From Craspedostauros australis (taxonomy: Eukaryota), in the NCBI GenBank assembly GCA_030167865.1, contig JALAGF010000675.1, forward strand, positions 1 through 32,927: a stretch of DNA of 32,927 bases, given 5' to 3'. The stretch's first letter is position 1, and every line of letters begins with the position of its first letter. Shown here in pieces: positions 9,502 to 19,035 of the stretch. The notes under the pieces were generated by a model. It was not told the DNA's origin, ran no database searches, and saw only the letters and a list, made by a program, of their open reading frames with translations. A program made the translations under genes and the position numbers.

Positions 9502-11865
9502 ATGTTCAACTCGCAGCTCGATATGCACATGGACCTCTTTGATCAAAGCGAGGGAGAAGCAGCATCGAATGAAGACGGTGATCAAGACGTAGGCAGCTTG
9601 GATGAGACCGAAGACAAGGCAGCGCGAAACCTCTCTGGCGGTGCTCATGCTGTCACCAATGCCGCCAGTGCTCCCAGCATCAACAATGAAGAGAATGAGC
9701 ATGAGCATGGTCGTGATCGAAATATGTCGATCACAGGCAGCGAAAGTCAGCATAGTGGCCTGCATGAAACAACGAAGCGGGATGCCCCTGCATCTTTCGA
9801 CACAAAGCCGTGGGATGAAGTGTCGCTCATGAAGATTGAGATCATCGTCTTCGTCACTTGGATGGTCATCATGTGGCTGGGAGCGGATTTCCGGTTCTTC
9901 CCCGCTGTCGTCAATGCTGCACTGATAACATTCATGATTCGATGGGGCTTGAAACATCGTGTACCATCGGATCAAGCAACAGCCGCCAAGATTCAGCAGG
10001 ATGATTCCCGGGTAGTCAGGCAGCCTGATGCAGCAGAGGCAGAAAAACATCGTCGTGAGGAGGAATTCAAAGACTGGCAGGCGGCTCGATTGAAAGCCAG
10101 CCAACTGCTTGGTTTGATCGGCGCGCCAGCGTTGAACCTTGCTCCTTCATCTACGTCAACATCAAAATCAACATCAGAACTGCATCATTGTCAACACGCT
10201 GGTCAGGCAGATGTGGACAAAGTCAGAAAGACCAAAATTCCTCGCTCGATCCCATCGGATCAGCTCCTTGACTTTCTGTCCTCACATGCGCAGCTATTGC
10301 TATCCATCGATCAAGCCTACGACTATCTTCGATCCTCGTCCAGCTTGCATTTGGGATTGGGGCCACGATCGCAGTGTGTGGAGCGTATCGAACTCGCAAT
10401 GATTGGCAGGTACCGGCAACAGTGCCAGCGCTTTGAGAGAGCCTCCACTCAAACCACCCACATTGATGCAAGCGACAATCGCATCGCCAACACACCTGGC
10501 AGGAGGGACGACGGCGATGATGGATTCCTGCAAAACACGCGATTGCAAAAGGGTGCCTCCAAAGTTCTTTGTTTGTCGTCCACCCGGTCGTCCATTGCGC
10601 AGCACCTGGTCGAGCAACACAATCAGCTCGTCCATCTATCAGAGCAATGGAGTCAACAGTTGCGACAACGGAAACGATTCGGCAACGACGATGACAACGA
10701 TAGCTTCAGTTGGGGTGCGGAGATCCTATCCAAGAGCGCAATAGAAATACCAGATATCATCTCATTGCATTGGATAAAGAGAATGCGCTCTGACAATGCG
10801 GCATTGCTGGGTTCTCTTGTCAGCGACGGCATGATGCGCCACGATGCTCGCATAGCGCTGGGAGATGAAAACAACTTCACAGAGGACATGCGTCATTCGA
10901 CGCAATCCGCAACAGAGGCGCACTATCACATCCGGTCCGTGCTGCTAATCCCACTTACTCTAACGATGGACGATGGAGGCAATGAGATCCGATCTGAGGA
11001 AACCACAGGACAGATGATGCAGAAGGTACGAAAGAATTGCCGCAGCGATCCTCTCATCCAGAATTTGATCCAGTTGGATGAACAGGTTGGTGCATTGCAG
11101 GCATCAGTCTGGGCGTGCCATCGGTTGGCTGCTGGGACTTCCATGGATGATGACACGAGCACAGAGAACGATGCGACGGCTGAGTTTGTGCCGTGGTGGA
11201 ATAAGGTCAAGGAGCTGTGTCACACAGTTCAATCGCTTCAGGAGCACATCGACAGCGTCTGCATCGATTTCAGCTCAGCGACTGTGGACGAAGCCGATGG
11301 CAACGGCGACCCGATGGCGGATTCTGCCGAAAGTCCAATGGATAGCACAAAACGATCGGCATCTTCACAGCAAGAGTATGAACACGACAGCACCATCGAT
11401 GGACCGCAACGAAACGGTGGCGATCCCAACCGCAACGAATCGCCGGAGCATTCCGATACCGTGTTTGTGTTTGCTGGAAGCGGGACGAAGGCGAAGCAAC
11501 GTCGAAAGGTCCAAAAGCAACCGCTCCATCGCGGTAGCAACGATACCGCAACGCCGATTGCGCCAATGCCGCAACGCAACGTCATTATGGAGCAGCTGCT
11601 TGTCCATGAGCTGCAAAGTCGGATCCAAATCATGGAACCATTGAAAGAGGTCCAAATCATCAAGGGGGATTCAAGAACAGCAACAACGGGTCCCGAAGAT
11701 GCCCCGGCATCTGTTGAACGACAGAACCCAACATCCAAGGCAACACCGTCACAACCACAACGACGACAAAAGAGCTCTCCATTCTTCTTGGGAGCGTCCG
11801 GTTCATTGCTGCAAGAATTACAACAGTCGATTGCTGTGGATTCCAACGAAATAGTCGACGAATAA
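9502..11865 (+). CDS. Uncharacterised membrane protein with two adjacent TM helices; possibly vezatin-like
   Basis: Intronless ORF of about 787 aa from the likely ATG at 9502 (ORF open from 9328). It has two hydrophobic helices (IIVFVTWMVIMWLG; VVNAALITFMI) followed by helical segments. IDQAYDYL...LGLGPRSQCVERIE recalls the vezatin core. The CDS is secure; the vezatin label is weak. Confidence 0.75.
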   Translation: MFNSQLDMHMDLFDQSEGEAASNEDGDQDVGSLDETEDKAARNLSGGAHAVTNAASAPSINNEENEHEHGRDRNMSITGSESQHSGLHETTKRDAPASFDTKPWDEVSLMKIEIIVFVTWMVIMWLGADFRFFPAVVNAALITFMIRWGLKHRVPSDQATAAKIQQDDSRVVRQPDAAEAEKHRREEEFKDWQAARLKASQLLGLIGAPALNLAPSSTSTSKSTSELHHCQHAGQADVDKVRKTKIPRSIPSDQLLDFLSSHAQLLLSIDQAYDYLRSSSSLHLGLGPRSQCVERIELAMIGRYRQQCQRFERASTQTTHIDASDNRIANTPGRRDDGDDGFLQNTRLQKGASKVLCLSSTRSSIAQHLVEQHNQLVHLSEQWSQQLRQRKRFGNDDDNDSFSWGAEILSKSAIEIPDIISLHWIKRMRSDNAALLGSLVSDGMMRHDARIALGDENNFTEDMRHSTQSATEAHYHIRSVLLIPLTLTMDDGGNEIRSEETTGQMMQKVRKNCRSDPLIQNLIQLDEQVGALQASVWACHRLAAGTSMDDDTSTENDATAEFVPWWNKVKELCHTVQSLQEHIDSVCIDFSSATVDEADGNGDPMADSAESPMDSTKRSASSQQEYEHDSTIDGPQRNGGDPNRNESPEHSDTVFVFAGSGTKAKQRRKVQKQPLHRGSNDTATPIAPMPQRNVIMEQLLVHELQSRIQIMEPLKEVQIIKGDSRTATTGPEDAPASVERQNPTSKATPSQPQRRQKSSPFFLGASGSLLQELQQSIAVDSNEIVDE

Positions 11866-12349
11866 TGTATTCCATTTGTGTGTGGAAAGAGAAACAAGAG
11901 TCTCCCGGGTTCTCAGTTTCTACCCCAGTAGACACGGAGGATTTCTGTCCATGAAATCACGTGTCCGTTTCGTTCTAACAACAAGGAGGTAATGAAAAAA
12001 GTGAGGCACGGCGAGAAGTACGCGCTGGAATGCACAGTATTGGTATGAGGAGAGTGAGTCGTCTAAAGTTGGTATGATCATCCTTTTGCGATATGTATGT
12101 GAGTTCTGTTGCTTCAGTGCGACATGTGCATGTTGCTCCACTCGTACCAATTCGGACTTTGGGACAATCACTTCGAAGAATGCATCCGATCCAGCTTGCG
12201 ATTCCAGGTGCGATTTTCCAGACTTCCTTTGGATCACGAGGCTCGCCAACCATATCAAGCCAGAGCACATGCAGCCATGCATGTATCGTGGTGCGCCAGT
12301 CAATATCATTCAATTCATTCTTGTTCCATTCCATTCAATTCCATCGTGA

Positions 12350-13024
12350 CTATCGCTTCAAGATTTCGTATTGATTTGTTGACCGTCGCAGTTGTTCGTT
12401 GCTTGTCTGTTGGCGCTTGGAGAACCTGTGATCGGCTGATTTGGTTTTGGCGATGGTTTCCAATGCCCGTTTGGACGTTCTCCATGCATCTTCCACAATC
12501 TTGTTGAAGTTTCCGAAGGATCTGCGACCTGTCAGGTCCGCTTGCATGCCGTACATATCCGAAGGTGATGCCTCCTGGAATCGCAAATTCTCGGCGTAAT
12601 CCACGAACGACGCATCATCCTCATCGTCGATGGTGCGACTGGCGTTGGCGCCGTTGTTACCGGTAGTAGCTTTGTCGTGTTGTGGCGTATTCCCATGGCT
12701 CTGCCGACTCCGCTGCTGCGCTGGGCTCTGACTGACAGAACGGCTGCTCTCGTATTCATCAGTCTCCTTCTTGCGCTTCATGAATCGCATGTTCATCGTT
12801 GCGCCTGACAGCCGTTTCTTGGCGCTGGAGGTTGGAAGTTGTGCCGCTGTCTTGTTGTCGGCCAGATCAGGTGACGACAACGGCTTGACATCCTTGCTGC
12901 CGCCCTTCTTGTTACTCCTCTGTTTCGTCCCGCTGCTGGTCTTTGCGCTGTCCTTGCCATTGTCTTTCTCCTTCTGCGGCGTCCTGGGACTCTGTTGCGG
13001 TTTCTCTGATCCTGGCTTCCACAT
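12350..13024 (-). CDS. M-phase phosphoprotein 6 (MPP6)-like nuclear exosome cofactor
   Basis: 224-aa basic, low-complexity ORF with both MPP6 hallmark blocks: KRLSGATMNMRFMKR and GRRSFGNFNKIVE. Confidence 0.8.
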   Translation of the reverse strand: MWKPGSEKPQQSPRTPQKEKDNGKDSAKTSSGTKQRSNKKGGSKDVKPLSSPDLADNKTAAQLPTSSAKKRLSGATMNMRFMKRKKETDEYESSRSVSQSPAQQRSRQSHGNTPQHDKATTGNNGANASRTIDDEDDASFVDYAENLRFQEASPSDMYGMQADLTGRRSFGNFNKIVEDAWRTSKRALETIAKTKSADHRFSKRQQTSNEQLRRSTNQYEILKR

Positions 13025-13842
13025 TTTTCGAAGTTGCGGATGTTGCGAATGCTGCTAATGTTGCGAAAGGTGTGATGTCACCTTGATGTGATGAGACTCT
13101 TTCCAGAGAGCGATGTATCACAATGCAGTGTCAGTAGTGCGGCACGATACGATGCAATGCAAACTGATGCGATCTGCCTCCGATGATGTGTGCGGCGAAA
13201 AGATCGGGTGGGCCGTTCATGTCGTCTCATCCGTTCCAGGGTGGCTGTCACCACAGCCAAGAAACCAGTTTCTTTCTTGTTCGCGTTTTCTTTCGTTGAG
13301 TGGTTCGAGATCGGTCAAATGAGTCAACCAGCGAGGAATGTTCTCCGTCCACTCGTGTATGAGCGTGACTCACTCTTGTTCCGAAATCTAATGAAGTACC
13401 TTTGGAGCGAACAGAAGAATGAAGAAGAACAGAAAAGAGCGTGCCGCGTGGCAAGAACAGAAGAAAACAGATCCACGAACGAAATGGTAGCGACGGGCAA
13501 TGTCCGTTCGCTGTATCACCCTCTCCTTGTTCTCGTTTGTTGACATCACCTCCCATCCATCGCGGTGGATCGATGTCATGATCCATGTTCTTTCTTGGTT
13601 GTTTCCTTTTCTTCTGTTCGTGTTCTGCGTGGGGCATGGTGGACGCCTTACGCGATAAATCCAAAGAGAGGAGGAGTGACAACGATTCGCGATCTTCGGG
13701 AGAGGCGAGGATCGATTGCGATCATCACGCTTCCGCCAAAGCAGGCTTGGACCACAGAAAGCGCATAAAATTGCCCAAAGTGCACAAGCACCACACCCAA
13801 CTGTTACACCTGACCAAGTCAATCACTCAATAGCTGCCAACC

Positions 13843-15617
13843 ATGAAGATCAACGCCAACATCGCCGTCCTCTTTTCGCTGCTCGCCGGCGCAGCCAACG
13901 CAGCGTCTTTGCGCTCTGCCGACGTGGTCCCTGAGACCAAGCAGCAACAGCCAGACCTCCACGGAAGCGACCTCTACACGGAATTTAGCAAGTGGACTTC
14001 TGCATTCAACAAGGAGTACACCAACGAGGCGCACCGAATGGAGAGATTCAAGATCTGGGCTGAGAATCACTGTGAGTTGCGCTGTTTGCGCTCGTGGGGA
14101 TGTTGCTCTGCATGAATTCGAAACGCCTGTAGTTGTCCACGCAGCAAGCCATGTGACAAGCGATGTGGAGGTGACGATGCGGCAGCCAGCGGGGAAGTCA
14201 TTTGGCACGAAATAGTTGGGGGAGGATGCTTGCGCTGTGGATCGCCACCTCGTTGGTGAGCCTTGTCTGGAACAGCAGAGTCCATGAAGGATGACTGTGA
14301 TACGAGGTGGAGATGACGCATGGAACCGTTCGCAATGTGGGCCACAATGTGATGCATTCTTCTCAACCAAGCCTCGTGCTCCATTTCTTCATTTTTCTTC
14401 CATTATCGTACGTCTTTTGGTACCATGCACTCCCTGTCACCCGTTCTCGTTCTCGGCCGCTGCAACCAGTCATCATCCATGAACACAACGCCAAGGAATC
14501 GACATACAAGATGGGCCACAACGCCTTTTCCGACCTCACGTCCGACGAGTTCGCCCAACGTTTTGGTTTGGGCAAGCACGGTGTGAATGCGCAGATGGCC
14601 AAGAAGAAGCAGGCGCAGAAGGAGCTTATGTTCCGACCGGAATTGATGGAAAAGACGCAGGCCGAGGCTCGTCGATTGCAATCGTTGAAGTTGCCAGACT
14701 ACGTCAACTGGATGCACATGGGTGGCGTGACAGACGTCAAGGATCAGGGTGCCTGCGGGTCCTGCTGGGCCTTCTCCACCACCGGCGCGTTGGAGGGTGC
14801 CAAATTCATCCGCACTGGAGAGCTCGTTGCGCTTTCGGAGCAAAACCTGTTGGATTGCGACCATCTTGATCTTGGATGCAATGGAGGACTGTAAGTGGAT
14901 CGATCGCCAGCGCGAACCTATGCGTGCTCTGTGCTGGCATGTGCTGTCGTTGGCCATGATGCTTGTGGCAGTAAACATGGCAAGAAAGTGATGCTCTGCT
15001 CAGCTCGGAACATTGTCAATGGACTCGCTTTTGGATCTGATTTCTCACAACCGATCTCACACGTATTCAATGCTGTGCTCTGCCGCTTTTCATGACCCGT
15101 CCCCTCTTCATTGCCGTCATTCACTCGTGACGCAATGACGCGCAGGATGGACAACGCATTCAAGTTCGATGAAAAGAGCGGCGGTCTGTGCTCGGAAGAG
15201 GATTACCCATACGAGGCCGTCCAGCACAACACTTGCCGCACTGACTGCACCGACGTACCAGGAAGCATCGTCCGCACCTTCTACGATGTCCCAGAGGGCG
15301 ACGAGAAGGCGATGTTGGCTGCGATCGCCATGCAGCCAATCTCCATCGCTATCCAGGCGGACCAGAATGCTTTCCAGTTCTACAAGACTGGTGTGCTCAC
15401 CGACGACACATGCGGCGAGAGCGGTGACATCGATCACGGGGTCTTGGCCGTTGGATACGGAACTGACCTCGAGACTCAGGAGCCATACTTCCTCGTCAAG
15501 AACTCGTGGGGTTCCTCGTGGGGAGAAAATGGATACATCCGACTGGGCCGCAAGAGCAGCAACGAGTTCGGCATTTGCGCCATCCTCAAGATGGCCTCCT
15601 ACCCAGAGGTCGAGTAA
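13843..15617 (+). CDS. Papain-family (C1A) cathepsin L-like cysteine protease with signal peptide and I29 propeptide, 3 exons
   Basis: Exons 13843-14071, 14470-14890 and 15146-15617; introns gtgagt..ccag and gtaagt..gcag with consistent phases. ERFNIN-like propeptide and GHNAFSD; catalytic motifs [21 protein letters not shown] and KNSWG. Confidence 0.95.
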
Positions 15618-16233
15618 ACGATCATGCATGCGTGGAGGAATCCCACACAACCTTCCGAGAGGCGACATGAACCGTCGACACCTCAAACATCAAGACAAAC
15701 ATTATAACATTTTGATCATACATTTTCCATCTTATCCAATCCAAATGTGAGAGTATCGAATGTTGTTGACCACAGAATGAATGTGTGGTTGATCCCGGCC
15801 TCGTTCCGTCATCTTTCTCCTCTTTCGTTGTCTGTACCGCAGCAAAGAGACATGTGGTGAGAGGAAATCATGGGAGGCCGTCCTCGCCGAACCGGGAAGA
15901 ACGGATGGGCAGTTGGAGTCGTATCTTGTTGTTGGCCGTGACACCAAAGAACAAAAGCAGAAACAGAACAAGGTTCTTCGTCGTTTCGTTGCTGAGAATT
16001 CATCTCTTTGGCTGTCCAGAGCACCTTGCGTCACAAAACAGAGACTCGCTACTGTACTCCACCGACAACAGACCATACGACCTATTACACCATGCATACC
16101 AGCACGAGTACGATCTGATCGTATGAGTACGAATACCACAAAGGAAAGCGCGCTCTGAACAGAGGCTTGACACACCCACACAGAATCACTGCAAAATCAG
16201 ACAACCAAGCAACAATTCCAGAACGCGAACAAC

Positions 16234-18189
16234 ATGAACGACGTCAACGACGCTGTTCAAGGCGACTCAGACCTCCATGGCAACAGCAATGGCAATAGCA
16301 ATGGCAACAGCAATAGCGACAACAACAGCATCAACAGCATCAACAACATCAATGATGTGCAACCCAGCGAAGAGAGAGGAGATGGTGCTCGTTGGGCTGT
16401 GCTGATCGTCCTGTGCGTCACATTCGCAGCCAACGCGTATTCATACGACATCCCATCAGCGTTGCATCAGCAGTTCAAGGATTACATGGAGGCGAGTGAT
16501 TCCCACCATTCACTGCTCGTACACCACGACATCCCCGTCACCATCACCACCACTGCCAACGACATGAGCGCGGCTCCACACAACTTCGAATTCGATTTCT
16601 CCCTGCTCTACACACTTTACTCCGTTCCCAACGTCATCCTTCCATTCTTTGGCGGTAGAGTTATCGATCAAGTTGGTCCATCCAATTGCCTACCATTCTT
16701 CGCATCGTTCTGTTGTCTGGGGCAGTTCGTCTTCACGCTCGGCATAGCCCAGAAGGCATGGACGGTCATGTTCGTGGGAAGGTTCCTTTACGGGGTCGGC
16801 GGCGAGTGTCTCTACGTGGCAGCGTCTTCGATTCTATCCACGTGGTTCCGTGGCAAAGAGCTGGCGTTTTCATTCGCACTGACCATGGCGATGGCCCGCA
16901 TGGGATCGGTCATCAACAACTGGATCAGCCCAATCGTTGCAACGCAGCATTCCACACCGGCCGCCCTGTGGGTTGGATCATTCGTGAGCGGCATCATGCT
17001 CACAATGACTGTCCTGATGTACTTCATTGACCGCACGTATGCCAAAGGGCAGCCGCAACATCATCGTCTGTCAATGGAGGCATCTGCCACAGACAATTCT
17101 GCAGAGTTGCCAGCGCAACTCCAGCAACCGCTTCTGTCTGACGCGATGCATGAGGCAGACGAGGAAGACACCACTTCTCTGCAGCCCCAACGACAGCAGC
17201 AGCAGCAGCAGCAGCAGCGGATGGATGAGGAACAAGCAACAACAAGGGGTCTTGGGAAGCTCTTCTGGTTGCTCTCATTCTCATGCTTGGTGGTGTACGG
17301 TTGCATTCTACCATTCAACAGCTTCGCATCTGGCATCCTCTTGGAACGAAACTACTTCAAGAGTCCGCCCGACGACTGCACGTTGGCATTCCCAGATCAG
17401 TGCACGGTTGGAACGCTCGTGCCACAGTCTGCATCCAACCCAGCTACCGATTCCAATGGAGATACATGCCCCGCAACCAATTTCGCGCCGGTCCTCCCGA
17501 CCTCGGTCAATGGGACAGACGGCTCGAACCAATCATCGCAACCCATCAAGGTGGATTGCGACTCCAAGTTTTGGAGTCAAGATTGCACCAAAGACTATTG
17601 CGATGCATTGAAAGATGCCACGGTGACGGCCGACCGTGTCATGTCCCTCCCGTATCTGATTTCTGCTGTCATGTCACCTTTCATGGGCATCGTGGTGGAT
17701 CGGATTGGAATGCGCGCCATCTTGACAACGCTGGCACCCGCTGTGCTGGCCGTGGTCCACGCAACTCTCGCCGTGTCGCAAGGATCCGCGTTCTGGCCAC
17801 TCCTTGGACAAGGCATCGCATGCTCGCTCTTCGCCTCCGTCATCTGGCCCAGCGTTCCATTGGCCGTCACAAAATCATTGGAAGGCACGGCATTCGGGAT
17901 CATGAATTCGATTCAGAATATTGGCCTGGCTCTGTTCCCACCGACCGTCGCATGGATTCACGAGCGATCGCAGGGGCGGTACCTTCCGAATGTGGAGCTA
18001 TTCTTCGCGTTCGTTGCCTTGGGTGGAACGGTCATTGGTGTCGCGATGTGCTGGGAGGATCAGCGCACCGGCGGCCGTTTACACAGCATCGATGGGAACG
18101 GGACAAAGCCACCAGCGGTGTTGCCATCATCCCAGCAGGAGGACCAGCAGCCGCGGCAGCAGGGTGATCAAGTTGACGAGGAGGCGTAA
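16234..18189 (+). CDS. MFSD1-like lysosomal/vacuolar MFS transporter
   Basis: 651-aa ORF with MFSD1 blocks: YSYDIPSAL, LLYTLYSVPNVILPFFGG, GRFLYGVGGE, WFRGKELAF, RMGSVIN, GTAFGIMNSIQNIGLA. Confidence 0.9.
   Translation: MNDVNDAVQGDSDLHGNSNGNSNGNSNSDNNSINSINNINDVQPSEERGDGARWAVLIVLCVTFAANAYSYDIPSALHQQFKDYMEASDSHHSLLVHHDIPVTITTTANDMSAAPHNFEFDFSLLYTLYSVPNVILPFFGGRVIDQVGPSNCLPFFASFCCLGQFVFTLGIAQKAWTVMFVGRFLYGVGGECLYVAASSILSTWFRGKELAFSFALTMAMARMGSVINNWISPIVATQHSTPAALWVGSFVSGIMLTMTVLMYFIDRTYAKGQPQHHRLSMEASATDNSAELPAQLQQPLLSDAMHEADEEDTTSLQPQRQQQQQQQQRMDEEQATTRGLGKLFWLLSFSCLVVYGCILPFNSFASGILLERNYFKSPPDDCTLAFPDQCTVGTLVPQSASNPATDSNGDTCPATNFAPVLPTSVNGTDGSNQSSQPIKVDCDSKFWSQDCTKDYCDALKDATVTADRVMSLPYLISAVMSPFMGIVVDRIGMRAILTTLAPAVLAVVHATLAVSQGSAFWPLLGQGIACSLFASVIWPSVPLAVTKSLEGTAFGIMNSIQNIGLALFPPTVAWIHERSQGRYLPNVELFFAFVALGGTVIGVAMCWEDQRTGGRLHSIDGNGTKPPAVLPSSQQEDQQPRQQGDQVDEEA
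17194..17217 (+). repeat. (CAG)8 trinucleotide repeat encoding poly-Gln in the MFSD1 central loop
   Basis: Eight perfect CAG units read directly. Confidence 0.9.
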
Positions 18190-19035
18190 CCCAGACGCCA
18201 ACTGCAATCCTTGCGCTCTTTATGAAACCTAGCGACTAGAAAGAATTGCTCGTACTCGTTCATATCGTCCTCGTGCACATATCGTATAATGCATACTCTA
18301 TCCACTGCTAATCTTTCTCCTGGTACTGCAGTTGTAGTTGTATCTTCCCGTCAGTGTCAGGATGAACAGCAGAAGCAGAGAAGTCTGCATGTTCCTTGCA
18401 TTTTGGCTCGACGCAAGACCCATTTCCACTCTCCCTACTTTCCCTGTGGTACATGATCGACCAAATGGACCAAATCACATGAATAAAAGCTAATCAAGTA
18501 CTACAGAGCCGGGTGGGCGACGCGCGACAAGAATTTTTCACCCAACGGCCGTTCACAAAATCTGCAAACACAATTTGACACGGAACATCGCGCAAAGAAC
18601 GAAGCAAAACGAGTGGAACAAAATCAGCCCAACCGTTCACTCCATTGCGCACCGCACTCGAACGACATCTCCCTGTGCCTGATTCACTCTCTCTCTCTCT
18701 CTCCATGAACCATCATCCACGCAACACCATCACATTACCCTCCTCTTCTTCTCCTTCGTATGTACTTCTCCTTGGATGTTTCCACTTGGACGTTTGTTGG
18801 AAGCTGCCACTCACGACGAACGGGTGATTGATCGACTTAGCAACACTTTGACTGAGAGGTTCATCCATCAAGGAGTGCAGGACTGCATCTTTCGATTGAC
18901 CATCACATTTCACCACCAACCAAACCGCACTTCCTAGCCTAGCAACGTACGTCCACTAATTGCGGCGAAGACAGCAGAGAAGCTGTGGAGCAGTGATAGT
19001 TCGCGGCAGTACAAGACCACATCAATACGAGTACA

